NCBI GenBank assembly: GCA_040513115.1
Contig: JBEVDW010000087.1
Span: 1-53,769 of the forward strand
Length of the DNA: 53,769 nt
From: Steroidobacteraceae bacterium
GTDB taxonomy: Bacteria; Pseudomonadota; Gammaproteobacteria; Steroidobacterales; Steroidobacteraceae
Direction of reading: 5' to 3'
A model generated the notes under the pieces. It searched no databases. It was not told the origin of the DNA and was given only the letters and a program-made list of their open reading frames with translations. A program made the translations under genes and the position numbers. Positions 27,172 to 35,982 of the stretch are shown piece by piece (positions within the stretch are counted from its first letter, which is position 1; each line of letters starts with the position of its first letter).

Positions 27172-27699
27172 TCAGCCTGCCAGCTCGCGGCGGATGATCT
27201 CCGCACCGGCCACTAGCGCCTTCAGCTTGTTGCGCGCGCAAACACGCGGCAGCTGCTTCATGCCGCAATCGGTAGTCAAGGTGATGCGCTCGGCGTCGAT
27301 GACCTTGAGCAGCGGCCGGATGTGGGCCGCGACCTCCTCCGGCGCCTCCACTTCCAGCGAGCGGATGTCGATCACACCGGCGGCGATGCGCTTGTTCTTC
27401 GGCAGGTCCTCGAGCACGGCGATATCGCACATGTCGCGGCAAGCGAAGTCGAGCACGAACTCATCGATGTTCAGATCGAAGTAGTGCGGCAGCACCTTGT
27501 TGTAGCCGCCGCAAGTCATGCCATGCGCCACGTTGCCCCAGGCGTTACCGAGACAGAAGTGGTAGGAGATGAACGCGTCCACGCCGGCGACCGTGCGATT
27601 GATGAGGTCGGCGACCCAGGTGTAGTTCTGTGCGCCGGTGAGACTGGGATACCAGGCGCCGAGGTCCTCGAGCTGGATGTACTTCGCACCCGCGGCCAT
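27172..27699 (-). CDS. MetE-like (cobalamin-independent methionine synthase family) C-terminal half-domain protein, 175 aa
   Basis: Starts at AGAKYIQLEDLG (the IQxDEP-like strand). Contains YHFCLGN (His-x-Cys), IDEFVLDF and TTDCGMK, matching the MetE-type Zn-ligand pattern. Own AGGAGG (27707-27712) 7 nt upstream of ATG 27699. Confidence 0.6.
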   Translation of the reverse strand: MAAGAKYIQLEDLGAWYPSLTGAQNYTWVADLINRTVAGVDAFISYHFCLGNAWGNVAHGMTCGGYNKVLPHYFDLNIDEFVLDFACRDMCDIAVLEDLPKNKRIAAGVIDIRSLEVEAPEEVAAHIRPLLKVIDAERITLTTDCGMKQLPRVCARNKLKALVAGAEIIRRELAG

Positions 27700-27736
27700 G
27701 GACGTTCCTCCTCTGCGTGTTGAGGACGATCGAGCG

Positions 27737-28978
27737 CTAGCGCTGCTGCGTGCCGAACATGTGCCGGGCCATGTAGCCCTCGGCCTGCTTCTCCGCCGTG
27801 GTCACGAACTCGCGCGCCAGCTGCTCGATCCGTTCTGGCGTGTACCCCAGCTCGAGGAGAATCTCGTGCGTATGTTGGCCGAGGTGGGGCGCCGGTGTTC
27901 GTGCCACGGGCTGTTGCCCACCGATCCTCGCGGGTTGTGCGATATAGGTGAAGTCGCCGTGCCCCGGTATGTGAGCGTCATGGAGGATGCCGCGCGCCTG
28001 CACATGCGGGTCCGCTTTGATCTCGTCCATCTCGTCGTAGGCGGGTCCGATCGGCAAACGGTGCTCGATCGCGAGGCGCATCCACTCTGCCTGGTCACGG
28101 GTGTGAAAGATCTTCTGGATCTCGTGCCGTAATGTGACGCCCGACTGCTGTTCCTTCAGGTCGCCGCGGCCGACGAGATCGCAGAAGCGGTTCCAGAACT
28201 TGGTTTCCTCGGGACAGAACAGCACGAACCTGTGATCGCGCGTTTCGTACCACTGATAACGCGCGACTGCCCGCATGGCAGTTTCCTCGCGCCAGGTCTG
28301 CTGAGCGAGCGGCACATTGAGTTGGCCAGACGCGGCCGTCCAGGCGCTCGCAATAACCGCATCGGCGGAAGACACGTCGATGTAGCACCCTTGTCCGGTG
28401 CGTTCGCGGTGCGCCAACGCGGCGGCAATGTGAAACGCGGCGTAGATCGCGCCGGCTGCCGTGCCTTCGCCGCCTGCAACCATTCTGCCCGTGCGTCGCA
28501 CGTACGACTTCGGCCTGGTAAGCCCGTCCGAATCCATCTCAGCAGGTTGGGCTCCAGCGAGTGCATCCATCATCTGGCCATGTGCCGGCACCTGAGCATA
28601 GGGGCCTGCGGCGCCGAAACCTGTGTTCTGGCAGTACACGATGTCGGGCTTGCGCTCGCGCAGATCTTCGAAACTCAGTCCCAGCTTCGCGTTGTTGTTG
28701 CCTGGCGCGTTAGTGACGAACACATCCGCTGTCTCGAGCAGGCGGTAGAAGACTTCGCGGGCGGCATCCTTGCGCATGTCCAGGGCAATGCTGCGTTTGC
28801 CCTTGTTGGTCTGCAGGTGGAAATGGAACGTTTCCTCGAGCCTGAGGTAGTCGCCGAGAAAAGGGCTTTCCACCTTGATCACCTCGGCACCAAGATCGAC
28901 CAACATCATCGAGGTGCTGGCGCCGTTCAACAGCACCGAGCTTTCGATGACCCGATAACCAGACAACAGTTCGCTCAT
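27737..28978 (-). CDS. CoA-transferase family III (CaiB/BaiF-type)
   Basis: LSGYRVIESSVLLNGASTSMMLVDLGAEVIKVE N-terminus, 413 aa, typical for the family. Confidence 0.9.
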   Translation of the reverse strand: MSELLSGYRVIESSVLLNGASTSMMLVDLGAEVIKVESPFLGDYLRLEETFHFHLQTNKGKRSIALDMRKDAAREVFYRLLETADVFVTNAPGNNNAKLGLSFEDLRERKPDIVYCQNTGFGAAGPYAQVPAHGQMMDALAGAQPAEMDSDGLTRPKSYVRRTGRMVAGGEGTAAGAIYAAFHIAAALAHRERTGQGCYIDVSSADAVIASAWTAASGQLNVPLAQQTWREETAMRAVARYQWYETRDHRFVLFCPEETKFWNRFCDLVGRGDLKEQQSGVTLRHEIQKIFHTRDQAEWMRLAIEHRLPIGPAYDEMDEIKADPHVQARGILHDAHIPGHGDFTYIAQPARIGGQQPVARTPAPHLGQHTHEILLELGYTPERIEQLAREFVTTAEKQAEGYMARHMFGTQQR

Positions 28979-29118
28979 GTGGAATCCTCGAATACAGTAA
29001 CCTTAATGGTACCTCGACCGGGAATGGTAGGAGAGATCGACGAACCGCACACAGCGGCGCGGAGCCTGCGTCGGGAGAAACGATGGTAGCGGCACTGACA
29101 ACACATAGCGGAGCGCGG

Positions 29119-29850
29119 ATGAATACGGCAGCGCAATCTCTGGAGACAACGAGCCTGGACCGCGGCTTCTCCCGGCATACCGCGTCTATCTGCTGGCTCT
29201 GTTCCCGGTCATCTTCATCCTCAACAGCCTGGATCGTGCGATCTTCTGGGTGGTCCTGGAGCCGCTCAAGGCGGCTCTCGCGCTCACCGACACGTAGCTG
29301 AGCCTGCTCTCGGGGTTCGCCTTTGGGCTGGTGTACGGGATTGTCGGCGTGCCGCTGGGGCATCTGGCGGATCGCTGCAGTCGCAAGCGCATTCTGGCGG
29401 TGTGTCTGTCGTTCTGGAGCGTCATGACCGGAATCTGCGGCTTCGCGAAGAGCTTCGCGCACCTGTTCGCAGCCCGCGTCGCCGTGGGGGCAGGGGAGTC
29501 CGGCGGCCCGCCGGCATCGATGTCGATGATCTCGGATCTCTTCGGTCCGCAGCAGCGCTCGACGGCGCTGGGTGTGTTGATGAGCGCAGCACCGCTCGGC
29601 ATCATGCTCGTGTCTGGATCGGCAGCTGAGTCACAGGCGCCTACGGCTGGCGCGCGGCATTCTGGGTCGCGGGCGTGCCCGGACTGGTACTAGCGCTACT
29701 GGTAGTCGTCACCGTACGCGAGCCTCCACGGGGCCAATCCGAACCCGTCCGCACGCGCGAGCCGGCAGCTTCCTTCGCTGCGCTATGCGATGCTCTGCAG
29801 CCATCTTCTCAATGTGATCACGATCGGCTGCCTGCTGCTGTGCGCCCGGG
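29119..29850 (+). pseudogene. MFS transporter pseudogene (paralogue of 23991-25301)
   Basis: Homology (YRVYLLALFPV..., VGAGESGGPPASMSMISDLFGPQQRS, YGWRAAFWVAGVPGL..VREPPRG, LRYAMLCSHLLNVITIG) is spread over three frames. Frame changes occur near 29170, 29633 and 29770, with an in-frame TAG at 29295-29297. The C-terminal half of the protein is absent. Confidence 0.75.
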
Positions 29851-29880
29851 GTACCGAACGATCTGAAGAAAGCGGCGCGG

Positions 29881-29890
29881 TTGAGTTAAC
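29881..29890. promoter_or_regulatory. TTGAGTTAAC; copy 1 of a repeated 10-mer
   Basis: Lies 41 nt upstream of GTG 29932 (FadR-like regulator). An identical 10-mer occurs at 30878-30887. Confidence 0.25.
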
Positions 29891-29931
29891 CGGAGCCTGC
29901 GCTCGGCGAGAGCTGCGGGTCGAGTGCGCGA

Positions 29932-30732
29932 GTGCCCGCCAAATCACGTCCCACCAAGCTGTCTCACGCTGCCGGCTCTGCGGCAGCTGAAACTCTCACC
30001 AAGCCACGCGTCGGGCTGCACCGCTCGGCCACGGATCAGCGCGTCAGCTCGGGACGTCGTGCGGAAAAGCTCGCCTCGCAGGTGGCCGCGCGAATCGAGC
30101 GTCAGGTCATCAAGATGGGTTGGCCCGAGGGCAAGGTGCTCGGGCGCGAACCGGACCTGATCCAGAAGCATCAGGTCAGCCGTCAAGTGATGCGTGAGGC
30201 GATCCGCCTGCTCGAATTTCACGGCGTGGCGCATATGCGCCGGGGTCCCGCCGGTGGACTCGTCGTGAGCCGGCCGGACTCGGACAATCTCGCCCGCAGC
30301 GTGGCGCTCTTTCTAGAGCACGCCCGAGTGACGCACGAACAGATTCTCTCGTTGCGAATGCTGCTCGAACTCCATTGCGTGGACCGCGTCATCGACTCGC
30401 TGGATGACGCTGGCGTGCAGGCGATCCGTGCCGCGGCCGCTGATGAAAGCAAGCGCCGCCCCACCGATCCTTTCCAGGAGTACGGCAAGCTTCATCGACT
30501 GCTGCCCGAACTGGCGCGCGATCCGGCCCTGGTCCTCTTCATCCACATCCTGCGCGTGCTATCCACCGAACGCATGAGCGATGAGCAGCACGCGCAATTC
30601 TTCGCGCGGCACCACAAGCACTATTGCCGCGAGCTCGAGGCGATCGCGGATGCGATCGTCGCGCGCGATAAGGGCGCGGCGCGCGCGCATATGAGAACGC
30701 ATCTTCAGCGCATCGATCAGCTGTTGCGCTGA
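29932..30732 (+). CDS. GntR-family regulator, FadR-like
   Basis: LGREPDLIQKHQVSRQVMREAIRLLEFHGVAHMRRGPAGGLVV wHTH plus a helical effector domain. The GTG start is uncertain. Confidence 0.8.
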   Translation: MPAKSRPTKLSHAAGSAAAETLTKPRVGLHRSATDQRVSSGRRAEKLASQVAARIERQVIKMGWPEGKVLGREPDLIQKHQVSRQVMREAIRLLEFHGVAHMRRGPAGGLVVSRPDSDNLARSVALFLEHARVTHEQILSLRMLLELHCVDRVIDSLDDAGVQAIRAAAADESKRRPTDPFQEYGKLHRLLPELARDPALVLFIHILRVLSTERMSDEQHAQFFARHHKHYCRELEAIADAIVARDKGAARAHMRTHLQRIDQLLR

Positions 30733-30877
30733 ATCCTGTGGATCGGGCCAGTCGTGATTCACGCGCAGGCCCGCGCCGCCTTCCCATTGGGGTCATCGAT
30801 CAGATGCTGCGCCGAATCATCGCCGTTCGCCGAAGCTGAACTCACCAAGGTCCGACTGCTTGCGGATGTCGTCGAAT

Positions 30878-30887
30878 TTGAGTTAAC
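30878..30887. promoter_or_regulatory. TTGAGTTAAC; copy 2, containing the palindrome AGTTAACT
   Basis: Lies 60-69 nt upstream of the TonB-dependent receptor start, in an AT-rich stretch (GAGTTAACTTATATTTTTGC). Confidence 0.25.
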
Positions 30888-30946
30888 TTATATTTTTGCA
30901 TTTAGCACACTAAAACGCCGGTCTGGGATCCCGGACCCTTCAGGGG

Positions 30947-33223
30947 ATGAATCCTATGATTCGAAACGCGCGCCTGCTCCGCCACTGCGTATCATCCGCA
31001 CTGCTGTGGATGGCCGTCGAACCCTGCGTGTTGGCTCAGACGTCGTCGGGGCTCGAGGAAATTACAGTCACTGCTCGCCGTCGAGTTGAGAACCTGCAAA
31101 CGACGCCTGTCGCGGTAACGGTGTTCAACGAGGAGGAATTGACGCAGCGTGGCATCAACACCGTGTACGGTCTTGCCTCGTCCACCCCGAACCTGGGCGT
31201 GTTCTCCACCGTGGGTAATCCGAGCGCAGTCGTGCTGAATCTGCGTGGCCAGTTCCAGTCCGACAATCTCATCACGCTGGATCCGTCGGTCGGCGTCTAT
31301 CTCGACGATGTGTACCTTGCCCGCTCGTATGGCATCGCACTCGACATGGTCGATATCGCCGACGTGGAAGTGCTCAAGGGACCGCAAGGCACACTCTACG
31401 GACGCAATACGACCGGCGGCGCAATCCGCATGACGTCACGGAAGGCGGATCCCAGCGCAGGATTGGGCGGGAATTTCCGCGTGGGCTATGGCGACTACGA
31501 CGCCATCCTGGTTCAGGGCGCCGTCAATTTGCCGGTCTCCGATTCGCTCGCGTTTCGATATGCCGGCTCGTTCAACCAGCACGACGGTTACGTGAAGCAA
31601 GTCATCGTGAACCAGGACGCGACACTGACGCCGACCGACACGAACCATCAGAACGACCGCGATTCGCAATATCACCGCCTCTCCGTGACCTGGGAGGCCG
31701 CTGACGACGTATCGGTCTGGCTGACGGGTGATTGGTATCGCAACAACACCAACGGCGGCGCGCTGGTGAATCGCGGTGGCGACGTGATGGGCGGAAGCTT
31801 TGCAACGTTGCTGACTGCCACTGAATCCGCCTGCCGGCAGGACGACTTCTACTGCTATGTATCCGACATCAAGGGGACTGCAGAATCGGAAGGCTGGGGT
31901 GTGGCAGGAACCGCGGAATGGCGGATCAGCGACACGCTGACCTCCAAGATCATCACCAGCTACCGCAAGAACGACAGCGACCAGCACTTCAACACCGATG
32001 GCGGCGCATCGCCCAATGGGTTGTTCGTCTTGTACTTCGATACCACGCAGCCGCAGTCGGCGCATCAATTCAGTACCGAGCTGCAGTTGCTGGGCGAGGC
32101 TTTCGACAAGAAGCTCGACTGGTTGCTGGGCGCCTATTATTTCGAAGAATCTGGCGACGACGAGACCGGCGGACTCGGCAACTTCCGATTCGTGCCGCAG
32201 CTCGGGCGGGTCGCCCGCTTTGCGCGCACGTTCATCGCCGATGCGGACAACAAGAGTATCTCGTTGTTCGCGCACGGTGCGTACCACTTTACGGATCAGC
32301 TGAGCGTGTCGGCGGGTTTGCGCGCCACTCGCGATACGAAGGAGATGTCGGCTCACAACACGCTCGCGACGACTCCTGACGGCCCGGAAGTCTGCGTGTA
32401 CCCGGTAGGGCTGCCAGATGTGGTGAACAACGGTACGGAGTGCACGTTCTCGCCGTCGGATGATTTCTCGTTCATCTCGTGGCAGGCAAGCATCGACTAT
32501 CAGTTCACCGACTCGATGTTCACCTATCTGAAGGCGGCGAACTCCAGTCGCAGCGGCGGACAACAATTGCGGGGCCAGAACGCGGCGACGATCGTGCCCT
32601 TCGATGAGGAGACCGCGACGGACATCGAGCTTGGCTTCAAGGCCGATCTGCTGAGCGGACGGTTGCGGACGAATTTGGCCTACTTCCACACGTTCTATAC
32701 GGACACCCAGCAGACGACGATTCCTCCTAGCGGCGGTACGACCTATGTCGCGAACCTCGGCGATGCAGAGATCGACGGCGTGGAGCTGGAGGTCTCGGCG
32801 CTGCCCGTCGATCAGCTGACGTTGCATGCCACCGTTGGGTACGTGGATGTGAAGTACGACGACGACAATGTCATTGCGCAGCGCACACCCGACTGGAACG
32901 CAAGCGCGAGCGCCGTGTTCGAGCACGCGGCCGGCCCGGGCAACATGGCTTACCGCGTGGACTACAGTTACAGGGACAAGCTGGCTGTCAGCACGGATCG
33001 CACCTTCGTCCGTTCGAGTCCTTATGGCTATGTCCCCAGCGTTAATCTGGTCAATGCCCGTATCAGCTACACGTTCGACAAGTACGAGATCGCAGCCTGG
33101 GGCAAGAACCTGGCCGACAAGGAGTACTACACGGGCGGAATCAACATCGCCGGCCTGATGCAACCGTGGATCATCGGTGACCCACGCACCTACGGTGTAG
33201 AGTTCGCCATGAACTTCGAATAG
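30947..33223 (+). CDS. TonB-dependent receptor
   Basis: Signal peptide, plug motif LEEITVTARRRVENLQTTPVAVTVF, and a beta-barrel with an ...YGVEFAMNFE end. ATG 30956 has better spacing to AGGGG (30942-30946) than ATG 30947. Confidence 0.92.
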   Translation: MNPMIRNARLLRHCVSSALLWMAVEPCVLAQTSSGLEEITVTARRRVENLQTTPVAVTVFNEEELTQRGINTVYGLASSTPNLGVFSTVGNPSAVVLNLRGQFQSDNLITLDPSVGVYLDDVYLARSYGIALDMVDIADVEVLKGPQGTLYGRNTTGGAIRMTSRKADPSAGLGGNFRVGYGDYDAILVQGAVNLPVSDSLAFRYAGSFNQHDGYVKQVIVNQDATLTPTDTNHQNDRDSQYHRLSVTWEAADDVSVWLTGDWYRNNTNGGALVNRGGDVMGGSFATLLTATESACRQDDFYCYVSDIKGTAESEGWGVAGTAEWRISDTLTSKIITSYRKNDSDQHFNTDGGASPNGLFVLYFDTTQPQSAHQFSTELQLLGEAFDKKLDWLLGAYYFEESGDDETGGLGNFRFVPQLGRVARFARTFIADADNKSISLFAHGAYHFTDQLSVSAGLRATRDTKEMSAHNTLATTPDGPEVCVYPVGLPDVVNNGTECTFSPSDDFSFISWQASIDYQFTDSMFTYLKAANSSRSGGQQLRGQNAATIVPFDEETATDIELGFKADLLSGRLRTNLAYFHTFYTDTQQTTIPPSGGTTYVANLGDAEIDGVELEVSALPVDQLTLHATVGYVDVKYDDDNVIAQRTPDWNASASAVFEHAAGPGNMAYRVDYSYRDKLAVSTDRTFVRSSPYGYVPSVNLVNARISYTFDKYEIAAWGKNLADKEYYTGGINIAGLMQPWIIGDPRTYGVEFAMNFE

Positions 33224-33254
33224 TCTCCCGCTGTGTGAGCATCGAGGCGCCGCC

Positions 33255-34328
33255 GTGCCCTCGATGCTCATGTCGCTTTCGCACCTGCATTCAGCGCGAG
33301 CATCGACAGTGGATCTTCTCCCCTCCAGCGAACACGAACAGATCGTCGCAGCGACCGCAGATTTTCTGCGCTCCGAGCTGCCGCTCGCACGGTTCCATCG
33401 CCACGATCGCCCGCCGCATGAGATCGACGCGGCATTGTGGCAACGCTTGGCGGATCAGGGTTGGCTCGGACTTGCGATTGCTGAGTCGCAAGGCGGTGTC
33501 GGTTACTCGATCGTCGAGGAGGCGTTGGTCTTCGTCGAGCTGGGACGATTGCTGGCGCCCACCGCGGTCCTCACGGCCTGCATCGGTGCGAAGGCGGCAG
33601 CGAGCACGGGTCAGCTCTCGCTGGCGGCTGACATCGTGAGTGGTCGGGCCCGCGTGGCGATCGGCCTTGGTCACAGGGTTGCTCCGGAACCTGCGGGTCT
33701 GACTGGCGACTGGCACATTTTCGACGCAGCGGGTGCGGCGTATTGCCTCTTGCTCACAGACTCCGGCGTGCTGCTGACAGATATTCGCGGCACGCAGCTT
33801 CAGCCGCTGCCGTGTCTCGACAAGTCGATCGCGTTGGGCAAGGCGACGCTCGATCGAGCTGACGTTGTCGCCCGAGCAACAGACCCTTCCGTGCGGCGTG
33901 CAGGCACGTTGCTCGTCACGGCCACGATGGTTGGCATGGCAGAGGCGACGCGCGACATGATCGTAGAGTACGCCAAGGTGCGGGAGACCTTTGGTCGCGC
34001 GATCGGCACGTACCAGGCCGTGCGGCATCCGTGCGCGGACATGGCCGTGCGCTGCGAAGAAGCGAAAGCGCAGCTTTACTACGCGGCGGTCTCATTGCGT
34101 GAGCAGACCGCGGATGTCGAGCTGCAAGTCTCGGCTGCGCGCGTGTTGGCACAGAACGCAGCACTGAAGAATGCAGATTCGTGCATCCAGTTACACGGCG
34201 GCATCGGCGTCACCGACGAATACGATCCGCATCTATTCTTGAAGCGCGCGCACGTACTCAAACATTGGTTCGATCCAGCGAAAGATCATCTGCGGCGTAT
34301 TCTCGCCGCGCCGCTGGCTGCCATTTGA
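33255..34328 (+). CDS. Acyl-CoA dehydrogenase family protein, short beta-like subunit
   Basis: 357 aa. The ACAD C-terminal region (LHGGIGVTDEYDPHLFLKRAHVLKHWFDPAKDHLRRI) lacks the GG(T/S)xEIQ motif. GTG 33255 has GAGG 7 nt upstream. Confidence 0.8.
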   Translation: MPSMLMSLSHLHSARASTVDLLPSSEHEQIVAATADFLRSELPLARFHRHDRPPHEIDAALWQRLADQGWLGLAIAESQGGVGYSIVEEALVFVELGRLLAPTAVLTACIGAKAAASTGQLSLAADIVSGRARVAIGLGHRVAPEPAGLTGDWHIFDAAGAAYCLLLTDSGVLLTDIRGTQLQPLPCLDKSIALGKATLDRADVVARATDPSVRRAGTLLVTATMVGMAEATRDMIVEYAKVRETFGRAIGTYQAVRHPCADMAVRCEEAKAQLYYAAVSLREQTADVELQVSAARVLAQNAALKNADSCIQLHGGIGVTDEYDPHLFLKRAHVLKHWFDPAKDHLRRILAAPLAAI

Positions 34329-34347
34329 TGCCGATGGAATTACGACC

Positions 34348-35526
34348 ATGGATTTGAGCTACAGCGCTGAAGACATTGCGTTTCGCGAACAGGCCCGCAC
34401 GTGGCTAACGGAAAACGTACCGCGCGAACCTCGACCGACCGATCAGTTCGCGGCGGCAGCATTCGATCGAGAGTGGCAGCGTCGTCAATATGAAGGCGGC
34501 TGGGCCGGCGTTAATTGGCCGAAGGAGTACGGTGGCTGTGGCCTCACCGGCGTGCGGCAAATCATCTGGCTCGAGGAGTGTGTGCGCGCCGGCGCCCCGC
34601 CGACTTCCACCACTACGTTCTTCGGACTGTTTCATGCTGGACCTACGTTGATCGTGCGCGGCTCGGAGGCACAAAAACGCCTGCATTTGCCGCGCATCCT
34701 CAATGGCGAGTCATTGTGGTGCCAGGGATTCTCCGAACCTGGCGCCGGTTCCGATCTCGCAGCACTGCGCACTCAAGGCGTGGTCGACGGCGATCATCTC
34801 GTCGTGCGCGGGCACAAGACGTGGACCACAAGCGCTCCAACCGCCGACTACCAGGAGCTGTTGGTACGCACTGACCCTCAGTCGAAACGACACAAGGGAC
34901 TGACGTGGGTCATCTGCGACATGAAGCTGCCGGGCATCGAGATTCGACCGATCAAGACCATGATGGGCGAGTCCGAAGTGAACTCGACGTTCTACGACGA
35001 TGTACGCATACCGCTCAGCAATGTGGTCGGAACGATCAATGACGGCTGGTCGGTTGCGATGTCCACGCTCGCGTTCGAGCGTGGCACTGCGTTCATGGGC
35101 GACCAGATTTCGCTCGTGGCCAAGGTGCAAAAGCTGATCGAGCTGGCGAGCTCGACGCGCGCACCGGACGGCAAGCTCGTCATCGAGGACGACGATATCG
35201 CCTACAGGCTCGCGTTCTTGAAAGCGGAAACGGTAGCGTTACGGGCCATGACAGTCATCAGTTTGTCTCGCGTGGAGCGCACCGGTCAGCCTGGTCCTGA
35301 AGGGTCCATGATGAAGCTGCTGGTCACGACGGTGAACAAGCTGCTGAACGAAACCGCGCTCGATATTCTCGGCCTCCGTGCGCTCGAGTACGGCGAGGAT
35401 CGCGCCAGCAATCCGTGGACTTACGACTACCTGTATAGCTGGGTCTATACGATCGCAGGCGGCTCCTCGGAGATCCAACGCGAGATCATTGCGGATCGTG
35501 TTCTAGAGCTGCCGCGGGCACGCTGA
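34348..35526 (+). CDS. Acyl-CoA dehydrogenase, alpha-like subunit
   Basis: 392 aa: MDLSYSAEDIAFREQARTWL, GFSEPGAGSDLA, C-terminal IAGGSSEIQREIIADRVLELP. Confidence 0.9.
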   Translation: MDLSYSAEDIAFREQARTWLTENVPREPRPTDQFAAAAFDREWQRRQYEGGWAGVNWPKEYGGCGLTGVRQIIWLEECVRAGAPPTSTTTFFGLFHAGPTLIVRGSEAQKRLHLPRILNGESLWCQGFSEPGAGSDLAALRTQGVVDGDHLVVRGHKTWTTSAPTADYQELLVRTDPQSKRHKGLTWVICDMKLPGIEIRPIKTMMGESEVNSTFYDDVRIPLSNVVGTINDGWSVAMSTLAFERGTAFMGDQISLVAKVQKLIELASSTRAPDGKLVIEDDDIAYRLAFLKAETVALRAMTVISLSRVERTGQPGPEGSMMKLLVTTVNKLLNETALDILGLRALEYGEDRASNPWTYDYLYSWVYTIAGGSSEIQREIIADRVLELPRAR

Positions 35527-35982
35527 CAGCAGAGCGTCGCGGGGCGCAGTCCCGCATCGAGTCGCTCAGGCCAGAACGAAGCCGTTCTGCTGCGTTCGCA
35601 CGTAAGACTACCTGTTACTCCGCCACCCGTAACAGGTGACTAAATGACTGCCTTCCCCTCTAAGCACCCGCTGTGGGCCGCCCCAACACCCCGACGAAAG
35701 TCGAAATCTGCACCCGCAGGATCCAACCGCGCCCGGCCTTAGATGCTGCGATCGTGTATGTAAACCCCTGTGTCCTCAGTGTGGCCGCTACGCGGCAGCC
35801 CTTCGGAGATGGCTGGCGGAAGAAGAAAGAGTTTCCTTTTTTCGATCGAGTATTGCTTTCGCTGTCGCGACGGATCTACAGTGGCGAAAACAGCTCACTG
35901 TTTAGCAGTGAGGCACTTGCGGAGGCGGCAACGTGCTTGCGCGTCGCCGACTCGAAGAACGATGGAAACTTAGGGGGGCACG

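Noticed and set aside
35527-35982. Cobalamin or other known riboswitch upstream of the TonB receptor.
   Set aside because: I could not find a B12-box-like core or any other riboswitch consensus by eye. The structure is retained only as an unexplained leader in the findings.
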